Positions 6,116-10,006 of a stretch of DNA of 10,006 nt are shown piece after piece. The position numbers were made by a program, and so were the translations under genes. The stretch's first letter is position 1. Every line of letters starts with the position of its first letter. Under the pieces are notes generated by a model. It made no database searches, was not told the origin of the DNA, and saw only the letters and a list, made by a program, of their open reading frames with translations. Source of the stretch: Promethearchaeota archaeon (GTDB taxonomy: Archaea > Asgardarchaeota > Lokiarchaeia > Sigyniarchaeales > SOKP01); contig JBHLME010000146.1 in assembly GCA_048938445.1 (NCBI GenBank), positions 1-10,006 on the forward strand, written 5' to 3'.

Positions 6116-7975
6116 ATGCCAAATGTTAAAGGAGATGGTAAAATCGTAAAAAAAAGATCAGGTTATGGTAAAAATGGACGTGGAGGATATGAGTATGTTC
6201 AAATTTACGTTCCAAGCAAGATCTCTAAAGATTCTTCATTTCCATTTATAGATAAGGAAGAAGTTTCAATAGAGATTCAAAATAATAAATTAATTATAAG
6301 TAAAAAAGACAGATTAATCGATTTAATTAAACAATACAAATTGGATAAGAATTTTTATACTACTCTCCCGAAATTAATTGAAGCAAAAGCAATAGAAAAT
6401 CAAAAAAGGCCTTTTCTAATATTTAAAGACAATATTTATTCATATAAAGAAACAAATGAGAAAGTAAATTCCATTGCTCACGGGATTTTAAAGTTAATTA
6501 AACAAATAAATGTAAAAAAAAATACCCATATTGCTATTATGTTGCCAAATTGCCCTGAATTTATTTTCTGTTGGTTTGCAATCGTGAAAGCAAAATGTAT
6601 ATTCATTCCAGTAAATCGTTTTTTAGAAGGTGACTCCTTAGAATATATCCTGAACCACAGCGATAGTGAAATTTTAATTGTAGACTTCCAATTTCTAAAA
6701 ACATTTAAAATGATAGAAAAAAAATTAATAAAATTGAAAAAAATTGTTGTTTTTAATGCTCCAGATACCTATCGCTTTAATAATAATAAATATATGAATT
6801 TTAGCGAAATAAATACTAATAACATTAAGAATCCCGATCTAAATATCAGAAGTACTAATATAATGGGGATTATTTACACTGAGGGTACGACCGGTCCTCC
6901 TAAGGGGGTTGTATACAAACATCTTCTTGTATTATCGGGACAAATCTTTGGAAAACTACTAAAGCAAGGAATATTTAGAAAAGATGATGATCGAGTTGTA
7001 TATTGTCCAACTCCACTTTTTCAGGCATTTTCTCAAATAGTTATTGTTATTTCATCCATCTTTTTAAATGCAACGATTGTGCTTGCAGAGAGATTTGATG
7101 CAGCTATATTTTGGGATGATGTAAGAAGATATAATGCAGAATTAATCTATTATTATGGTGGAATTATACAAAGTTTAATGGATGAACCCCCAAAGGATAT
7201 TGATAGGTATCATAAAGCCAGATTTGCTTTAGGGGGTCAAGCTCCTAAAGAAATATGGAATTCATTCGAAAATAGATTTAATCTTACTATATTTGAAGGT
7301 TGGGCTGCTACTGAAGCAATTGGTTTTACATGTAATTTTCTAGGTTCAAAGGGAGGAAAAATAGGGTCAATAGGTAAACCTTACTATGCTTGGAAATTAA
7401 AAATAGTAAATAATGAAGGAAAAGAACTGCCACCAGGAGCTAATAATATCGGCGAAATTGTAGCGAAAAAGTCATTTCCTTTAACTTTAGAATATTATAA
7501 AACGCCAGAAAGTACTCCAATGATATTTAAAAAGGATGGCTATATCAGTACAGGAGATCTTGGATATAAAGATAATGATGGTTTCATATATTTTGTAGGT
7601 CGTAAAAATGAAATTATAAAAAAAGCAGGTAAAGAAATATTACCTTTTTTTATTGAAAGTATTGCTAATGCCCATCCAAGTATTTTAGAAAGTGCTGCTT
7701 TTGGAGTACCTTCTGAAAATTATCAAGAAGAGGATATAAAAATTTGTATAGTCTTGAAAAGACAAAAACAATTAAGCTATGAAGAAATTTACGATTACTT
7801 GAATGAACATTTAGCTTATTATATGGTTCCTCGTTATATTGAAATAAAAAAAAGATTACGGAGTTCATCCGAACGAATTAAGAAATATCTTCTGAGAAAT
7901 GAATGGAATAAGGATGAAATAAAGAAAAATACATGGGATTCTAAAATTTCAAATTTGTTAATTTTATCGGTCTGA
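6116..7975 (+). CDS. AbrB/SpoVT-like N-terminal domain fused to a CaiC-like (crotonobetaine/carnitine-CoA ligase-type) AMP-binding enzyme domain
   Basis: ANL-superfamily motifs: IAIMLPNCPEF, IIYTEGTTGPPKGV, PLFQ, ERFDAAIFWDDVRRY, WNSFENRFNL, EGWAATE, GSIGKP, STGDLG, YFVGRK, LAYYMVPRYIE. aa 1-65 carry QIYVPSKISKDSSFPFIDKEEVSIEIQNNKLIISK. SD-like GGGAGT upstream. Confidence 0.9.
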   Translation: MPNVKGDGKIVKKRSGYGKNGRGGYEYVQIYVPSKISKDSSFPFIDKEEVSIEIQNNKLIISKKDRLIDLIKQYKLDKNFYTTLPKLIEAKAIENQKRPFLIFKDNIYSYKETNEKVNSIAHGILKLIKQINVKKNTHIAIMLPNCPEFIFCWFAIVKAKCIFIPVNRFLEGDSLEYILNHSDSEILIVDFQFLKTFKMIEKKLIKLKKIVVFNAPDTYRFNNNKYMNFSEINTNNIKNPDLNIRSTNIMGIIYTEGTTGPPKGVVYKHLLVLSGQIFGKLLKQGIFRKDDDRVVYCPTPLFQAFSQIVIVISSIFLNATIVLAERFDAAIFWDDVRRYNAELIYYYGGIIQSLMDEPPKDIDRYHKARFALGGQAPKEIWNSFENRFNLTIFEGWAATEAIGFTCNFLGSKGGKIGSIGKPYYAWKLKIVNNEGKELPPGANNIGEIVAKKSFPLTLEYYKTPESTPMIFKKDGYISTGDLGYKDNDGFIYFVGRKNEIIKKAGKEILPFFIESIANAHPSILESAAFGVPSENYQEEDIKICIVLKRQKQLSYEEIYDYLNEHLAYYMVPRYIEIKKRLRSSSERIKKYLLRNEWNKDEIKKNTWDSKISNLLILSV

Positions 7976-7979
7976 ATCA

Positions 7980-8954
7980 TTATATTGAAAATATTCCGAG
8001 AAATATTAAGTAGGTCATAAATAATATTGTCTCACCAATAATCGTAAAGATAAGGAATCTTTTTCTCCCTTTTTCTGAATGAATAATGTTTTTATTGAAA
8101 TTTAAAACTAATAATAATACCATAAAACTTACAAACATTAATTGAGCGGGTTCGAATAATTTCAATAAGGCATTAACAACCTTCAAGAATTCACTTACAT
8201 TCGGTTCAACAGAATAATTCCAATTATAAAGAATTTGAAACAACCAATTTGGATATATAAAATAAGGCATAATAAGAATACCAAATGGAACAATATAATA
8301 TAATAACTCTTTTAATTTTATTTTTTTCGAGATTAATAATATAAGGGGGAATATAACAACATAAATTTTATATGTCGCAATCGTAAATAGAATTCCTGCT
8401 AATATTTTTCTATCTTTATCAAGTTGAATATAAGATTCTCCCAATAGAAATAAAATTAACCAATTAGTATTATTATAATACATGTCAACAGCATATCCAA
8501 TGGCACAAAATACTAAAAATAGCACGCATTCTTTCTTATCTTTTGTTATCTCATAAAAACGGTAAGTGATATATATAGTTGAGAATACTCTTAAAATATC
8601 CCAAATAAAATATGAAGGCCATAGCGGTATTAAATAAAAAGGCAAGAAGATAAAATACCAATGATAAAGATAATAATGGCCACATCCATAATCAAATTGA
8701 GGTGAATACATTCCAAAAAATCCCTTAGTCATCCAATCGCGAAGAACTCTAAAATCAACATCCTTTCCATTAAAAAGTTCACGCAAGAGAATATTGGTAA
8801 AATATTCTGAAGGAAATATTGTATCAATTACAGCATATACAACTCTAATTATCATTAAAGATACGGTTATGATAATTATTACAATCAGAAATAATTTATA
8901 AAAAGGTCTCTCATCGTTTATATAATTATCTAAATTTATTTTTTCTAGTCCCAT
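7980..8954 (-). CDS. GT-C fold membrane glycosyltransferase, GT87/DUF2029-like
   Basis: About 9-10 hydrophobic segments. The loop after TM1 has DVDF followed by MY and YYLYHW; later NNTNWLILFLL and AGILFTIATYKIY match the GT87 'G...a...K.yp' motif. Confidence 0.8.
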   Translation of the reverse strand: MGLEKINLDNYINDERPFYKLFLIVIIIITVSLMIIRVVYAVIDTIFPSEYFTNILLRELFNGKDVDFRVLRDWMTKGFFGMYSPQFDYGCGHYYLYHWYFIFLPFYLIPLWPSYFIWDILRVFSTIYITYRFYEITKDKKECVLFLVFCAIGYAVDMYYNNTNWLILFLLGESYIQLDKDRKILAGILFTIATYKIYVVIFPLILLISKKIKLKELLYYIVPFGILIMPYFIYPNWLFQILYNWNYSVEPNVSEFLKVVNALLKLFEPAQLMFVSFMVLLLVLNFNKNIIHSEKGRKRFLIFTIIGETILFMTYLIFLGIFSI

Positions 8955-9078
8955 TTTATTCTCTTACCAATGATGATATAAATTATAAAACAATGTAAAA
9001 TTAAAATTTTAGTTAATAAAATATTTTAAGAGAATTAAAAAAAAATATAGAAAAAATATACTATTGTGTGAAAATATC

Positions 9079-9873
9079 ATGGATCTAGGATTAAATAATA
9101 AGTGTGCTTTAGTTCTCGCATCAAGTAAGGGATTAGGATTTGCTTGTGCTAAAGAATTTTATGAAGAAGGAGCAAATATTGTTATATGCAGCCGTTCTGA
9201 AGACAATTTAAGAAAAGCAGTTAATTCTATTGAAATTAAGGAAAAAAAAAATAGAATTCATTCGATCGTCGCAGATTTAACAGTTGAGGATGATATAAAA
9301 GACCTCATTAATGAAACAATGAAAGAATTTGGAAGGATAGACATCTTAATTCATAATGCTGGAGGCCCTCCATCAGGATCAATTGATTCTATCAATAGTG
9401 ATGATTGGATGAGATCAATTGATTTAAACTTACGTTCTTTAATAAAAATCACGAGATTCGTAATTCCAATCATGAAAAAACAAAAATCAGGGAGAATAAT
9501 CATGATTACATCTGTATCTGTAAAACAACCATTAAAAAACTTAGTACTTTCTAACACTACACGACTTGGAGTTGTTGGATATGCAAAAACCCTTTCCAAT
9601 GAATATGCAAAAAATAATATTTTAGTAAATGTAGTTTGTCCTGGCCCGAATCTTACTGACCGAATGAAGGAATTAATAAAAATTACAGTAAAAAATACAG
9701 GAAAATCTGAAGAAGAAGTAAAAAAATCTTGGACAGATCAAATTCCTCTGGGAAGGTTAGGAAATCCTGAAGAATTGGCTCATCTAGTAGTGTTTCTGGC
9801 ATCTGAGAAAGCCAGCTATATCACGGGAACAGTAATTCAAGTAGATGGTGGTTTTGTTAAAAGCACCTTTTGA
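9079..9873 (+). CDS. Short-chain dehydrogenase/reductase, atypical 3-oxoacyl-ACP-reductase-like subgroup
   Basis: MDLGLNNKCALVLASSKGLG, IDILIHNAGGPPSG, ITSVSVKQP, LSNTTR at the YxxxK position, VNVVCPG, IPLGRLGNPEE, SYITGTVIQVDGG. ATG9079 (typical MDLGL start, GTGA upstream) is preferred over TTG9064. Ends in tandem TGA TGA TGA. Confidence 0.93.
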   Translation: MDLGLNNKCALVLASSKGLGFACAKEFYEEGANIVICSRSEDNLRKAVNSIEIKEKKNRIHSIVADLTVEDDIKDLINETMKEFGRIDILIHNAGGPPSGSIDSINSDDWMRSIDLNLRSLIKITRFVIPIMKKQKSGRIIMITSVSVKQPLKNLVLSNTTRLGVVGYAKTLSNEYAKNNILVNVVCPGPNLTDRMKELIKITVKNTGKSEEEVKKSWTDQIPLGRLGNPEELAHLVVFLASEKASYITGTVIQVDGGFVKSTF

Positions 9874-10006
9874 TGATGAAAAATTCATGAAATAATATGA
9901 TTTTCATATATATTTTTAAATTAAGAGCTAATATTTATTTTTAAACCATAGTGAAGTTTATATTTGCGAAATTCCCATATTATTACTTACTATAAGAAAA
10001 AAAATT

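Noticed and set aside
7665-7868. 67-aa minus-strand ORF
   Set aside because: Antisense inside the ligase C-terminal domain.
9544-9564. SDR lacking the catalytic YxxxK as a sign of decay or novelty
   Set aside because: LSNxxR together with ASSKGLG and NAGGPP is the normal signature of a known, widespread atypical SDR subgroup.
9351-9599. 82-aa minus-strand ORF
   Set aside because: Antisense inside the SDR gene.
9876-9909. Two ATGA...TCAT inverted repeats after the SDR
   Set aside because: Different spacer lengths, nearly all A/T, and the downstream gene is outside the window; not distinguishable from noise.

Overview
Very AT-rich, gene-dense prokaryotic window. Gene content (conserved Roadblock/LC7 protein, archaeal AGGT(G) Shine-Dalgarno and TTTA(T/A)A TATA-like elements, AbrB-type archaeal domain) suggests an Asgard archaeon, probably Lokiarchaeia; this is an inference, not a database result. 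In order: 3' end of a coiled-coil protein; a Roadblock/LC7 protein that probably starts at ATA; a 2-TM plus tandem-RCK channel-like protein lacking the K+ filter motif; a large acidic cytoplasmic beta-sandwich protein whose N-terminal half resembles an adaptin mu-homology domain with an inserted HeH/SAP-like module; a single-frame membrane-protein gene broken by three in-frame stops (split into fragments in the ORF track); a divergent AbrB-like DNA-binding domain fused to a CaiC-like acyl-CoA ligase with several altered catalytic motifs (best candidate for an undescribed system: a one-component acyl-sensing regulator); a GT87/DUF2029 glycosyltransferase; and an atypical SDR. No RNA genes, CRISPR arrays or mobile elements were seen.
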